A DNA stretch of 64,000 bases from Octopus vulgaris (GCA_951406725.2 OX597817.1:117552001-117616000); one strand, 5' to 3'. Positions 1-13,419 are shown, counted from the first letter of the stretch. Numbers and translations: made by a program. Notes: a model not told the origin generated them from the letters alone.

Positions 1-89
1 GTTTTTGCTTGTGTACGAAAAGAATAAATGTTTGTTAAAAAAGAAAACTCAATTGATTTCATCGTTACTTTTAATCTGCATGTTTGTTA

Positions 90-511
90 CAATCACTTGC
101 CGAGACACACCCAGCGTCCTAGAGCGAGTGAAGGATAAGAGCTGTTACAGTATGACGGAAAGCTTGGGAAGGTTAAGTGGCAGAGGTAGTAGCGAAATAT
201 TTTCAAGCAATACAACACAGACATTTAAACTGATATGGTTTTTCTAAGAATATGGGCAGTACTTGTCAGTATAATCTTTTGAATTTATCTGAGACATGGT
301 TCTCCTAGGGTGTTATCTAGATGTTATCTAGTTTTTTCTGACAGGCCTTTTTTTATCATACCTAGGGCTTCCACAATAACAGGAACAGTTCTCGTTTTAA
401 GATGCCACATATTTTCTATTTCAATTTGCAGGTTCTTATATTTACTTAATTTGTCAAGATTTTTACCGATATATTTTTATCAGTGGGAACACTTACATCT
501 TTTAGTCTACT
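90..511 (-). mobile_element. 3' fragment of R4/Dong-type (RLE) non-LTR retrotransposon
   Basis: Minus strand reads DVSVPTDKNISVKILDKLSKYKNLQIEIENMWHLKTRTVPVIVEALGMIKK...IQKIILTSTAHILRKTISV* (stop at 227-225, with internal stops). This is the typical C-terminus of R4/Dong restriction-like endonucleases and resembles the fragments at 40.6 and 49.7-50.3 kb. The 3' UTR boundary is approximate. Confidence 0.8.
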
Positions 512-525
512 GATATTATTATTAT

Positions 526-1072
526 TGAGTGAGAGAGCAGTGCATACCAGCAAAGTGACATTGGAGTAAAATATACGAAGCCCAGTATATCCATCATGGC
601 TACCCGTCTGATAAGTTTACACCAGGCACATGCATCACAACCATATGTGCGCGACATGGTAATCTCATATTAAGAAAAACAGTGCATGACTTTGCAGGTG
701 GGGCCCAGTTAGAATTTTCGTCTAGTCGAGTAGCCCATCCGGCTCAAAAGATGTCTGTATAAGGGTTGTTTAAGGATGATGAACGAAAGACGCATGTTTC
801 CAAAGGGGAATTATCCAAACTCCAAAGAGTTCCTCTCAACATATGGGTATGATGCTCTCTCACTTCTGTTCGTGATCAGAGGTGCACATATCGTCAGCCA
901 CTAAGGGACATTTGCAATTGGTTAAGGTCAAGCAACTGACATGCAAATCTGTGGTATTGAGCAGAATATTTGCTGTAACCCATCTTTTATAACCGAGACG
1001 AAACAATGTAAATGAAAACACTTCCAATCAGTTAAGATCAGAAGCCATTAGAGCCACTGCCTGGTACTGCAA
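526..1072. repeat. Interspersed repeat (unclassified, non-coding) embedded in a (TAT)n tract
   Basis: GC-richer block sharply bounded by TATTATTATT on both sides. It resembles a repeat I recall from octopus assemblies; no ORF. Confidence 0.45.
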
Positions 1073-1073
1073 T

Positions 1074-1093
1074 GTTATTATTATTATTGTTAT

Positions 1094-1185
<92 letters not shown>
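1074..1185 (+). repeat. (TAT)n/(TAC)n microsatellite
   Basis: Directly visible. Confidence 0.95.
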
Positions 1186-1971
1186 ATCTCGTGTATTTTG
1201 TTTACATCTGACTTCTAATAATCTTTGTAATCTACTACTTCATAGCGAGTCATTATAGTTCTTATACTGATTGGTTGCTATCCATATATATTTTCAAAAC
1301 GGAACAGTTCTTACTCTAAAACTTCAATTCGTTTCTCTTTATTTTTAATTTTCATTGACTTACTCTAAATGTATCTTTTTAACAAATCTTCATGTCAATT
1401 CTAATTAACCACGCATTAATTCTTAGTCACCTATTCAAACAAACATTACTTTTAATATATATGACTGATGTGACAATAAGCTAAATTGAAATCATGCTGT
1501 TTATATCTTTACGAATTTGTTTTCTAAAAAATATTGTGAATAAAATAAAAACAGTAAATGAAATAATTTTATTTTCTTTCTTAGCTCCTCTTCTCTCTCA
1601 TTCATTACTTTTAAAATAATGAAAAACTCTTTACTAATTAAAAGCAAAAATAAATTGTGTTTTCCACGAAAATAACCAATAAACACGTTTTTCTCATTGA
1701 ATCTTGGTCTGTCTTTCTATCTCGTCCTCATTTGCTTTTCTTCCGTAAAGAGAATATATTTACTAAAGATAAATAATATTAAGAAAAATATTTTCGCTAA
1801 GATAAGAACAAATTAAAAATCTATTATTTTTTTTTCTAATCAGATATCGCTTTCGAACTTATTGTCTTTATCAGTTCTGTTACAACTCCAGATTTAGTAC
1901 CATTTAGTTAGATATTTTCTATGGATTTCAACACTTTGATCTTACTTAATTAGAAAGAAAAGACATCTATA

Positions 1972-2730
1972 GGTGCTGGCATGGCTCTGTGTTTAAGACG
2001 CTCGCTTTGCAATCATGTAACCTCGACGTCAGTCCAGTTGCGCAGCTCACGAAATCTTTTTCTCACCAGAGTTCCGGACCCCCAGTATTGAATTCATTTG
2101 CATACAGCCAATCAGAGCTCACCTTGAACTTGTTGTCAAGTTAACAAAGGTTGGCATTCAAAATGGCGACCTCTCATTACCATGTGAGTTTTGTATTGTG
2201 CTCTCAAACAGATGTCAGTATCATCAATACTGAACACATACGCTGGTTAGCGGTAAGTTTGGATTACTATAGCAAGAAAACATAATGTGTTTGACGAATA
2301 TGAATATACGGAAACTGCTTGAAGATTTTATAAATACTGAGTGAATCATTGATACGAATTATGGTCGTGTGTGTATTGTTAATGTGTCTTTGGCTATCCA
2401 AGTCACACATGTGCATTTTTCTGTGGTCTTCAGCGAAAAACGAGTTTCATACATTTTATGAGCTGTTGTAAAAATAGCCCAAAATGTCAAGAAAATGTGT
2501 GAATACTATTACATTATTAGTAATAATTATAGATCTATTTATTAACATTATCGTATTTAATTCTATGACACTAGTCCTATAGTGGTTTGATTCGCTGCAA
2601 GCAAACGAGTCCGTAACTGAGGTCCGGAACTCTAATGCGAAAAAAATATTTCGATGGGCAGTTTCGTACGCAGGTGACTACAACTGTAGCCTTGGGCCGT
2701 CAAAAACCCTGGGAGTGAATTTAGTTGCAT
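1972..2730 (+). mobile_element. Degenerate tRNA-derived SINE (family 1) split by a MITE
   Basis: Head ggcatggctctgtgtttaag...agtccagttgcgcagc (1972-2047) resumes as gggcag...tagccttgggccgtcaaaaaccctgggagtgaatttagt (2656-2730), matching the copy at 27.7 kb. Confidence 0.6.
2048..2655. mobile_element. MITE / non-autonomous DNA transposon with ~70-bp imperfect TIRs
   Basis: Left end cgaaatcttttttctcaccagagttccggacccccagtattgaattcatttgcatacagccaatca versus reverse complement of the right end cgaaatatttttttcgcattagagttccggacctcagttacggactcgtttgcttgcagcgaatca. No ORF. Confidence 0.75.
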
Positions 2731-3599
2731 AAAAAAGGATCAATAAGTTAATGTGATGGGCTCAATTTTTGACGAAACATAAACATAAATAGAGTGACTG
2801 TATTTAAGATGGTATTGCGCTTAGAAATGAATACTAACTGTATGAAAAATCGGTCGAAGTGTGTGTATATATATATATATGCGTGTGTGTGTATATATAT
2901 ATATGTACATATGTTTATATTAAAATTTATGGGCAGAATTTTGGTAGTAATTTTACGTTGCTTTATAAATGCAAGCTCTTTTAACATAATTGCATTTCAT
3001 CTTACAGCCTTACTTATACCTCACGTTTTCCATTATTGATGTTAGAGATTCATTCATGTTGCATGTTTTTCTAGTAGTCCTCTCACATGCAAGTCATATG
3101 TATGAGTTCGCATATACGTTAGAGGAATATATAATACAATGATATCAAACCAATGTAAAACATGCTCTTTTAAAAAGAGAGTGTTCGCACTACTATATAT
3201 ATATATATATTCAAATATGAATTAGATTCAGCGAGGGTGTTGTAAACACTATCGAACACAAATACACAATACATATGCTTTGCTTGTTGGCTTGTTAGCT
3301 GCGATTTGGGACTTGGTAGCTGACTCTCTCAAAGTGCCGGGTCTTAAAACATCTTAAAGTCATAGTGATTGACAGGCGAGACAACTCATCCCATTCAGGA
3401 GCGTTGGATATCGGTGTTTCGCCGCTTTTGTGGCCTATCAACATCACGTACCTGAACCAGACCTGAGTCAAATTGAATAGCCTATTCATGACTATATGTA
3501 AAATGGTGCAAAAACCATTTGCTGGTATGTCCGAGCGATTCATCCGTAAGAATAAATTCAGATATGAATAAGAAGCAGCGCAAGTGTCCTTTTTTCTTT

Positions 3600-3898
3600 T
3601 TTCTTTTTCTTTTTAGTTGTTTCAGTCATTTGACTGTGGCCGTGACACACTAGCATCGGTTGCCCAGGCGATGCTGGGGGACAAACACAGACACAACCAT
3701 ATACACACACATACATACATATATATATATATATACGACCGGCTTCTTTCAGTTTTCGTCTACCAAATCCACACACAAGGCTTTGGTCGGCCCGAGGCTA
3801 TAGTAGAAGACACCTACCCAAGGTGCCACGCAGTGGGACTGGACCCGGAACCACGTGGTTGGAAAGCAAGCTACTTACCACACAGCTACTGCTGCACC
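3600..3898 (-). mobile_element. tRNA-derived SINE family 1 (internally deleted)
   Basis: A-box/B-box-like head (gctgtgtggtaag...ggtccagtcccac), ccttggg core, internal (TA)/(TG) tract and tail cagtcaaatgactgaaacaa. Matches the 21.7 and 27.7 kb copies. Confidence 0.9.
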
Positions 3899-6800
3899 TA
3901 TAAACATTATCTAACATACACAATGTGTGTGATTTGCTTGTTGGCCGGTCAGCCGCCACTAGACGGGTTGCATGTGACTCCTTCAAAACGCCGAGCGTTA
4001 ACAAAGCACTGAGCGCTTTATGTACCAATATTCGAAGCCAATATTATGTCACATAAATGATGAGATAGTAATGGTAGTAATATATTTGATCATAATTCTG
4101 TCGAATTAGGCCCACATCGAGATAAGCAACACCACCAACAACTTAACAGCATCAGCAAGAAGTGAAACAGCGAAACGAACATTATCAACAACAGAATGAA
4201 AGCCACTACTTCATTACTTAACCTTCAAATAAAAGGAACTAAATCATAGCCAACCCTTAAAACTGGAGAGGAACGTTTAATAATTTTGTCTTAGGAACAT
4301 TATTTTTAGAGGAAAATATATGATTGTCATGGATGGAAATTTTGATTATAGCTGTGTTCAGTCACAGCTCATCTGAAGCTAAAATATAACAGAATACATC
4401 TATTAGCTGTTTCCAACTTCCCACATTTGGCAGTTGAGCAAGCAAGCACTAATACAAATTTGTTGTTTAACCATTCTAAACACCAATGGATCAGAACTGC
4501 AATGAGTGTCTTTTCAATTGTGACGTTCCCGTTTTTATAAGTATATTAGGTTTAATTCCCCTAATGGGTTTTTCTATTTTTTAAGACGCTGGTTGTTCTT
4601 GAATGAACTTTTCTTGCCTTTCTTTTGAAAGAATTTGTGGTCAAAGAGCACTGAAATCAATTGAAATAGGGCAGCGATTTGGAATTACGTTTTCTTTAGG
4701 CCAAATCATTATATCTAGAAATAATAGTATATCAGATTTGGAATGTTTATGACAGCGACGTGAAATATATAACCTTCTGAACCGCTAAGTGCTACCTTTG
4801 GAATAAGTACATATGAGAGAAAATACTCTTTCAGGAATATGTTATTGTTGATTTATTATAACTTAAAAATTAAGCTTTCAACAAATCACAATTTTGGGAA
4901 CAGCTACCTATATTTCATTATGAATGCGTGAAAGAGGTATTCTAAAATAATTACAAACCTTTTTGAAGAGATGTGCGAATAAATTAGAAGAAAAAAATTA
5001 ATTTAAGTGGTTTTGCTTATTCTGAATCATTGCTATTTTGTACATTTTGTTAGAGTTTTATGAATAATTATATTTTCTCATACAGTAAAATTCAGCAGCA
5101 TAATTTCTTTCCTTTTTTTCCTTTGGTAGCCTTGTCAGATGGCAGTTAACTGCTGCGCTGTCCTCCAACGTGAAATCATTCATCACCTCTGATGTAATCC
5201 TTTCAGAAATGCTGTTTTTGAAGCAAGGAAAACAACAGGGAACTGTATTTTTAATTATATACAAAATATAGGCATTTCAAAATAGCTCATGTTTGTTGTT
5301 GTGTTGCCTCAGATCAATCCTGATCGAGGTTACCTGTTGTGGAAGACATTCCATCCTTGACCATACATTTTTTAGATGTGGTACTTCATCATCCACTGTA
5401 CATGTTTCCCCTTTTATTTCAAAGACAGTAGGTGTATGATGAAGGAAATTCAACAACTATTTCTTGCTCATCGAGCAGTCATGTATATTATCTCTTACTG
5501 AATAATTTTCTGAATTAAAATCCGAAAGTGAGTCTTCTGTTATATATTTAAACAGAGAAGCACATGGAAACGCAACATTTTATTCGTTAAACTCCTTGAA
5601 TAGAAACGTTTAATTGAGATTTATTTTAAATAAATTCCGCAGCGATATACATTGAGCGCAAGTCATTGCATAAGGAAGCTATGCCGCATTACAACAATCT
5701 TCTTGTATGCGTATTTACTGTAGACTGAAATTTGTTATTCTGAAAATAAATATAATTGAAATTTTGAAATTAAATTTGATTTATTATATCTGAATCAGGA
5801 AAATAAGAATAGCTCCACTTCAGTTTCAGTCCAAAAATGCACATTTCTAGTCTGTGTTTTCTAAAACCATCAATATACCATCAATTTCGGATCTTAAATC
5901 ATGTTTTAATAACATTCTTGGTGACTTTTTATTAACAAAGAAAATCCCTCATACGAAAGAGTATCAGTATTTAGGAAATAAAAACATCAAAATATTTAAT
6001 CTGGTAAATGTATATAAATTTAATAGCAATGTACAAGAGAGCATTAAAGATGATTGATTAATCTTTTATAGTATGTTGCCCGAAGCTTTGTTTTTTAATC
6101 TTGATTTCCATTAACAACTAAACTATAACAAAGGAATATAATGAATACAATAATATAAATATCAAATGGCTAACTGATTATGTGTGAAGTTAGATTTTTC
6201 TTTCCACCATAAACAATCATAAAGAATTAACTAGAATTAGGTGTGTAAGCAAATAATATCGGTTTGATAAAAATGCTTTATTACTTTTGATATGTTGAAA
6301 TAACGATGGATAAATACTTTAAGGCTCCTATATTTAAACATATGGTTAAGACAGTTAGTTAAATATAGAATACCAGGCTTATCGTTATTGCTTTTGTATA
6401 TCAAGATATTTGAAGTATGTTTTAAATATGTTTTTAGGAGTAGTAGTAGCAGTGTAACAAAGCGAAGCTTATATGTTACTTGGTTTACTTATGTGAAAGT
6501 GTGGTAAGTTGCAATCATATCCAGGGATAACGTTTCTCATTTTCACTTAGTATAATAAAGATGAAAACGAACAGAATCGTTGGGGGAAAGGATTTGCCTC
6601 AAACAGTCATCGATGATTGTTGATAAAGTAATTCATGTTTCATCTTCATGAATCACGTTTGTGTCAGCAGAATTGTTCCCAGTCCACCATAAAATATGAA
6701 GTATTGTATGATTATTGTGTTGTACAGTATTGTAAGTCTTCTCCATGATTAGGACTCGTAAGGATTTCTAGCAAAAACAGCAATTAGATTTGATTTAGAA

Positions 6801-8963
6801 AGTCAAGAAACCATTGGAGAACCTATTGAGATAATCTTTTTGCAGACTGATATTTTATACGAGAAATGTTATCCAAATATAGACAACATTCTTTATGCTT
6901 TGAAATATCTAGGATAACTTTTCTCAAATATGATATACATAATTCTTACAAACAATGTAATTCTTTTGAGTTAGTAAACACATTTTTAAAACTTAAAACA
7001 AATTAATAGATTGCATACTGGATATTTTCACCTTTCTAAATTTGATACTCAAACCTATTCTCCCAAGCATCTAAATCATACTGGTCTTCAACAGATTATT
7101 CAATGCAAAACATGCTCTAGTCACAATACCATGAATCACTTTGCGACAATTTTCTTTAACATTTTGTGCCAAAGCATTTCTAAAATGCATTCTATTGAAA
7201 ACCCTAATCCTTTAAGTCATTAGATAAATGCTAATGGATTTACTTTGCGCAAAATTTAATTGCCAAGCGAAAGACTAATGACACACCAGTCCAGTTCCAA
7301 GATTTCTGCGTTTTAATGATTAGGAAATTTGTCCTACGGTTTTCCTTAACTCTCTCTACAATATTGCTTTATTTAGCATCTCATTTGTGTAGTAGGCTTT
7401 ATTATTGATACTGCCGACTCTTTCTTATCAATAAAACTTCCAGTAATCGCTCTTAAAGAAAATTCCTGCTGCTTCTCTTTATTATCATTGGCAGCAATTT
7501 CATCAACATTATTTCAGACACGTTTGTCTCCAGTGACATATTAAATAATTTTAATGTACACTCATGCACAATACGAAATCTTTCATACTTGTTAACCATA
7601 AAACATTGGAAAAAATTTCAGCCCCTTGATTGTTTTCCCTAATAAAGATAAAACTATTGTTTAGTTTTTCTTATAACCACACAAGTATTGTTCTTTGCTG
7701 TTTCTTATTCTGCTTAAAGTTAGTAAGTAATCTCTTACAATCATAAGTAATACACTGCCTTTTAGTGACACTTATGTTTGATTTTATTTCTCCCTTACGA
7801 AACCCTACGCACATTCTACAATATACATAAGTACTATAGAAGCCTCTGCGTGGTTGATCGTCATGCTATTTCAAAATATGCAAGAAAGTGCATTAAAATG
7901 ATCTAATATGTCACTAGAGAGAAGTATTTTTAAAACTATGTTGATGGACTTGCTTTCAGAGGTAAGAAAAGGATAAGCAGCATGGACACATTTTCATGTC
8001 CAATCAATAGCAACTAAATGTCTTCAACATCATTTCCTAACTTTTTAGATGAAGAAATAATACACTGCGTAAAGTAGTCCCAGATAATCCTAAAAGAAGT
8101 GAGAGATTAGAATTGGAATTCCTTTGATCTTAGTTCTGTTTAATCGGGTTTGACCTGGAGAAATCAACAGCAGCTACAACAATCACAAGACCAACAGTAC
8201 TTTGTCCATAAATGTAATAACTAGTACAACTTCAAACTCCGACATGTTATTCTCCTGCACAAAATTATAGAAAATAATGTGGTGAGTGTTATGTGGACGC
8301 TGAGTAAGCCTGATTATCATAATGCTTTCACTCATTCAAACTACGTTTATTACGCTGTATTTCTCCCTTTATGTTAGTCGTATACATAAAGTCTAACGCT
8401 GAACTTAGAGGTAACATAATCCATAGTTCATACAATTCTGTACCGCACTTTCCGTACATCGAAACAGATTCAGCTAGATTTTGACATATTTACTACTGTA
8501 TAACGTCATCAATATTTTACCAGAGTACAATGCCTGTTAGGTTAATATCAACCTAAACTTTGTTATAAGTACAAAACTGTATTATTGTCACGTTATGCCC
8601 TTAGTATGCTGCTTAACAATACTTGAAAAGGAGAGAACATAAATGAAAAAGCATCGTCCATTCGAATTTCATATTTGATTCTTTAGCAGTACAAAATTCA
8701 ATAAGTAAGCGTAAAGAAACTGGATGTAAATCACGAAAACAATATAAGTCTTAATGGCATATTCAGAAGAGGAAGTTTATTAACCAAGACGCTTTCCAGG
8801 AATTCCGAACCGGATGAGAATAAGTGTTAACAGCAATCTGCAAACATAACTGGAAAATTTGCAACGGGATATTAACCGCTACAGTCACACAAATAGCAGA
8901 TCTATGTATGTCTTTGCATATGTATATACAACTATAATGTATGTATATTTATGTGTATATATG

Positions 8964-9029
<66 letters not shown>

Positions 9030-9030
<1 letters not shown>

Positions 9031-11830
9031 TCAAACTCGGTGTGTGACACACTAATTGTACATATAAGGCAACTTGATGTAGTTGTGTGTGCTACATATC
9101 GCCCTCCAGATGCCCCAAGCCATATGGGCAAGTTTGAAGACTGCCTTTTAAAAATAGAAGAAGTTCTAGACACACTAGAACAGCACATAAGTGTACTTCT
9201 CATGGGAGACTTCAACCTGCCCAATGTCAGATGGCCCGAGGGCCTTTCTCTCCCAGGAATGACACGATGTGAACGGGGACAGGCGAGGTCCCTCCTGAAC
9301 CTCATCAACACCCTGTACATGGAGCAAGTAATACTCCAACCAACCAGGGCAGGTAACACACTGGACCTCTGCTTCACAAATAATATGGATCTCATCCATA
9401 ATGTGAAAGTGACACCGACACTACTCTCGGATCACAATATGGTAGAGCTGACTATGTACGGGCCAAAGGAAAGCATGGACATGCAGCCTACAAGAAGCTC
9501 TCAGAAGCTTTCCAGCTTGAACTTCAATAAGGCAAACTGGAAATAAATTGAGAAAGAGATCCTCAAACAAAACTGGCCTGAATGTCTCTCCTCTCCGGAC
9601 ATCGACATGAAACTTCAACAATTCATGTCTGTAATGCAAGCCATATGCTACAAATGTGTCCCAGAGAGAAAGGCCACTGTACACAAGAACAAAATCCCCA
9701 GAGAGAGGAAAAATTTAATGAGACGGCGTACAAAAATTTCAAATCGCCTAAACAAACAAATTGAAAGCAGTGAAAAGTCCCGCCTGAAAATAAAACTGTT
9801 GGAAATTGAAAATTGTCTGCAACTCTCCCATGAAAAGGAAAGAGCAGACAAAGAAGCCTGGGCTATAGACAACATAAAAACTAACCCTAGAGCTTTCTAC
9901 AGGTATGCCAAAGAAACAGCTACGGTGCACTGTAGGATAGGGCCACTCCTTGAAAAGGATGGCACACTCACAGGAAAACCAACGAGTGTAAGTGAAATAC
10001 TGAATGAACAATTCAAGAGTGTTTTCACTCCACCCCTTGGGCATTTCCAAATCAGCAATCCAACTGACTTCTTTACCACTGCAGATATAAAATCAGAGGA
10101 GGCGATGATAAATTACATCGATATAAAGGAAGACGATGTAATAAAGGCTATAGATGAAATGAAAACAGACTCAGCTATTGGCCCCGATGGATTCCCGGCA
10201 ATCCTCCTAAAAGTATGTAAGAGAGTCCTAGCAAGACCACTGCAGTTCCTCTTTCAGAGCTTCCTTGCAGCTGGCAAACTTCCAAGAAAACTGAAGGAAG
10301 GTAAAATATGCCCTATTCATAAAGGAGGTAGCAGAGCGGAGGCCAAGAACTACAGACCTATCTCTCTCACCTCACACATCAGCAAGGTCATGGAACGAAT
10401 AGTTAGAAGGAAACTAATCACCTTCCTTGAAGAAAATGACTTGCTGCCTGACACCCAACATGGTTTCCGACCAGGAAGAAGCTGCTTAACTCAGCTCCTA
10501 TAACACTATGACTGGGTGCTGAAACAACTGCTCAACCACTCAAATGTGGAAGTCATATATCTCGACTTTGCAAAGGCCTTCGATAAAGTCGATCATGGAA
10601 TGATATGTCACAAACTGCGTGATCTTGGCATAGTTGGAAAACTGGGAGAATAGCTTCATGACTTTCTGAAGAATAGAAGTCAGGTGGTAGCAGCCAATGG
10701 GGCCACTTCCATTAACACGCAAATAGTGAGCGGTGTTCCGCAGGGCACTGTTTTGGGACCACTACTGTTCATAATGGCCCTCTCAGACATGCCCTCAGCC
10801 ACGCAGAGAGCCACGATCACAAGTTATGCAGATGATACAAAAGTTTCACAGGCAATACAGAACCCTGAAGACACTAAGCACCTGCAATATGAGCTGGACG
10901 AAATATACAAGTGGGCTGAAAAGAATAGCATGCAGTTCAATGCTGAAAAGTTTCAAGCTTTATACTATCAGCATGCAAAACTGAATGCAATATCCAATGA
11001 ATACACTGGACCCGGAGGGATTGCAATCCCAGAGGCACAATCAGTGCGTGGCCTGGGTATTCACATGAGTGATGACGCGACCTTTCATGTACATGTTGCT
11101 AAACTGACAATGAAGTGTAGACGGCTGGCTGGATGGATTCTTAGAACCTTTAGAACAAGAGAACAAGAAACCATGATGGTCCTCTGGAAGACACTTGTCC
11201 TAAGCCACTTTAACTATTGCTCTCAGCTATGGTCACCATCCAGTGTCAAGTTGATCACAGAACTTGAGGCGATCCAACAAAGCTACACGAAGAAGATAGC
11301 CTCTGTGCAGCATATGAGCTACTGGGAAAGACTCAAGAGATTAAAGCTCTATTCCCTGGAGCGTAGGCGAGAAAGATATGCCATAATATATATCTGGAAG
11401 ATCCTGGAAGGTCTTGTCCCAGACTTTGGCATCGAGAGTCACACAAATGCCAGAACCGGACGCCACTGCGTAGTACCAAGGACTCCAAATTTGCCATCAA
11501 GATGTAGGACAAGATATTGTGATAGCCTGGGCTTCAGAGGCCCACGGCTCTTCAATATCCTCCCGAAGAACCTGAGGGATCTGCATGGTGTAGATGCGGA
11601 TGTCTTTAAAGTAGGACTGGGTCTCTTCCTGTCAGGTGTCCCGGATGAACCAACTTCACGGCAGGAGGTGCAGATGAGGGCAGCTGCATCGAACTCTCTC
11701 ATGCATCAGATGGCGTTTGCTAAAAAGCATCCATGAGGTAAAATCGTGTAGCAAACCAAATGGCGGTGTCCCAGCATGACCACAGCTCATTAGCTGAAAC
11801 TGAAAAAATCAAAATCAAAATCAAAATCAA
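9030..11830 (+). mobile_element. 5'-truncated CR1-group LINE (APE endonuclease C-half + RT), young pseudogene
   Basis: ORFs at 9040, 9607 and 10684 share one frame and are broken only by stops at 9544, 10501 and 10651. Motifs: YRPP, MGDFNLP, NTLDL, SDHN (APE); GPDG, NYRPISLTS, QHGFRPGRSC, YLDFAKAFDKV, GVPQGTVLGP, YADD (RT). 3' tail (AAAATC)n at ~11803-11830. Confidence 0.95.
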
Positions 11831-12240
11831 TATATCGTGAAGTATATTTGCCACTTAAATGTGGCTAACCATTAAGAGTCGATGCTACTGTAGCTTGTAG
11901 CCCCAGGAAGACATCTCCTCCAGCTGGCTATTGGCACACTATCCGTGCCTTATCAATATTTGCAAAGGGAAGTCATCGTCCCAACCCCAGCCTGACGTGA
12001 TACTCACGGACCCGAGTTTCTGAGTATTGACCCGTCATTAGCGTGTGACACCCACCGATTGGCGATAGGAAGTAATTCTCAATGCAAATATATATATACT
12101 TCTCCAGTGACAAAAAGTCACTGATCTCGAAAAGAGGAAACAAGCAATAATACACACATATATATGCGCGTGTGTGTGTGTGCATATGTAGATATATATA
12201 TATATATATGTGTGTATACTTATACATACACACACACACA

Positions 12241-12344
<104 letters not shown>

Positions 12345-12550
12345 CAAGAAGGGTAGTAATATTATTTACTACCAGGTGCCCAGCACAAAAGACGAATTAG
12401 TCATAAGACAAAAATATTATTCATATAGAAAAATATTATTCATGTAGTTATACAATTAAGGGCTCCTAAATAAAGATGCCGAGTGCTGGGAACACAAAAA
12501 GGGGATGAATTTATCGAGAGTGAAAATCAAAAACGTTTACCGATAACTTT

Positions 12551-12632
12551 AACAACTCGTACCGCGGTTTCTGCTTCTTTCTAGCAAAACACAGAATATG
12601 TTTGCTAAGGCCAGCTTCATCAGCGAGTCGCC
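12551..12632 (-). ncRNA. Type I hammerhead ribozyme (mirror copy)
   Basis: Exact reverse complement of 12807-12888. Confidence 0.85.
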
Positions 12633-12806
12633 TGAATTTAATCGAGGTCTGCAGCGGTGTGGGACTATGTGTTAAACCCGACTACTAGCAGATCTTAACT
12701 TTTCAAATCTGTTTTTGCGTCTGCGCAGAGATTTGAAAAGTTAAGATCTGCTAGTAGTCGGGTTTAACACATAGTCCCACACCGCTGCAGACCTCGATTA
12801 AATTCA

Positions 12807-12888
12807 GGCGACTCGCTGATGAAGCTGGCCTTAGCAAACATATTCTGTGTTTTGCTAGAAAGAAGCAGAAACCGCGGTACGAGTTGTT
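12807..12888 (+). ncRNA. Type I hammerhead ribozyme (Penelope-type, palindromic stem III)
   Basis: Stem I ggcgactcg/cgagttgtt (9 bp with GU pairs), CTGATGA 12816-12822, long stem II containing tagcaaa-cata/tgtg-ttttgcta, GAAA 12868-12871, palindromic ccgcgg, GUA cleavage triplet ending at 12879. Confidence 0.85.
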
Positions 12889-12962
12889 AAAGTTATCGGT
12901 AAACGTTTTTGATTTTCACTCTCGATAAATTCATCCCCTTTTGTGTTCCCAGCACTCGGCAT

Positions 12963-13026
<64 letters not shown>

Positions 13027-13419
13027 AGGATGGATGGATGTCTATATGTATATATGTATGTATTTGACTGAATGTATGTACATGCATATACGTATAACGG
13101 GCTTCCACATAATTTCCCTCAACAGCATTCTATTTATAACCTAATGGTCAAGTTCAGACTGCAATAGATGAAACGTATTCAGAATATCTCATTTTGGGAT
13201 CAAATCTAGAAACACGTAGTTCCAAAGTGAATATTCCTTAGTCTCAGAAAAAACCTCTACCGTCATGTTATTATTAGTTCACACAGCCAATGCTTTCTCC
13301 ATCTCTTTCTCTCTAAAATGTAAAAGATAATCTATTGAAATCTCTTAAAAGAATACGCTATTATTAATATGTTGCTGCTTTTGTTCTTACTGTTGATGTT
13401 GTCAACACTGTTGTTTGAT

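Noticed and set aside
5135-5187. Minus-strand GTGATGA...CTGA (C/D snoRNA-like)
   Set aside because: The span is only ~52 nt, with no terminal stem and no recognisable guide.
6540-7560. Possible very old transposase remnant on the minus strand
   Set aside because: Only short open stretches, and no diagnostic motif could be recognised.
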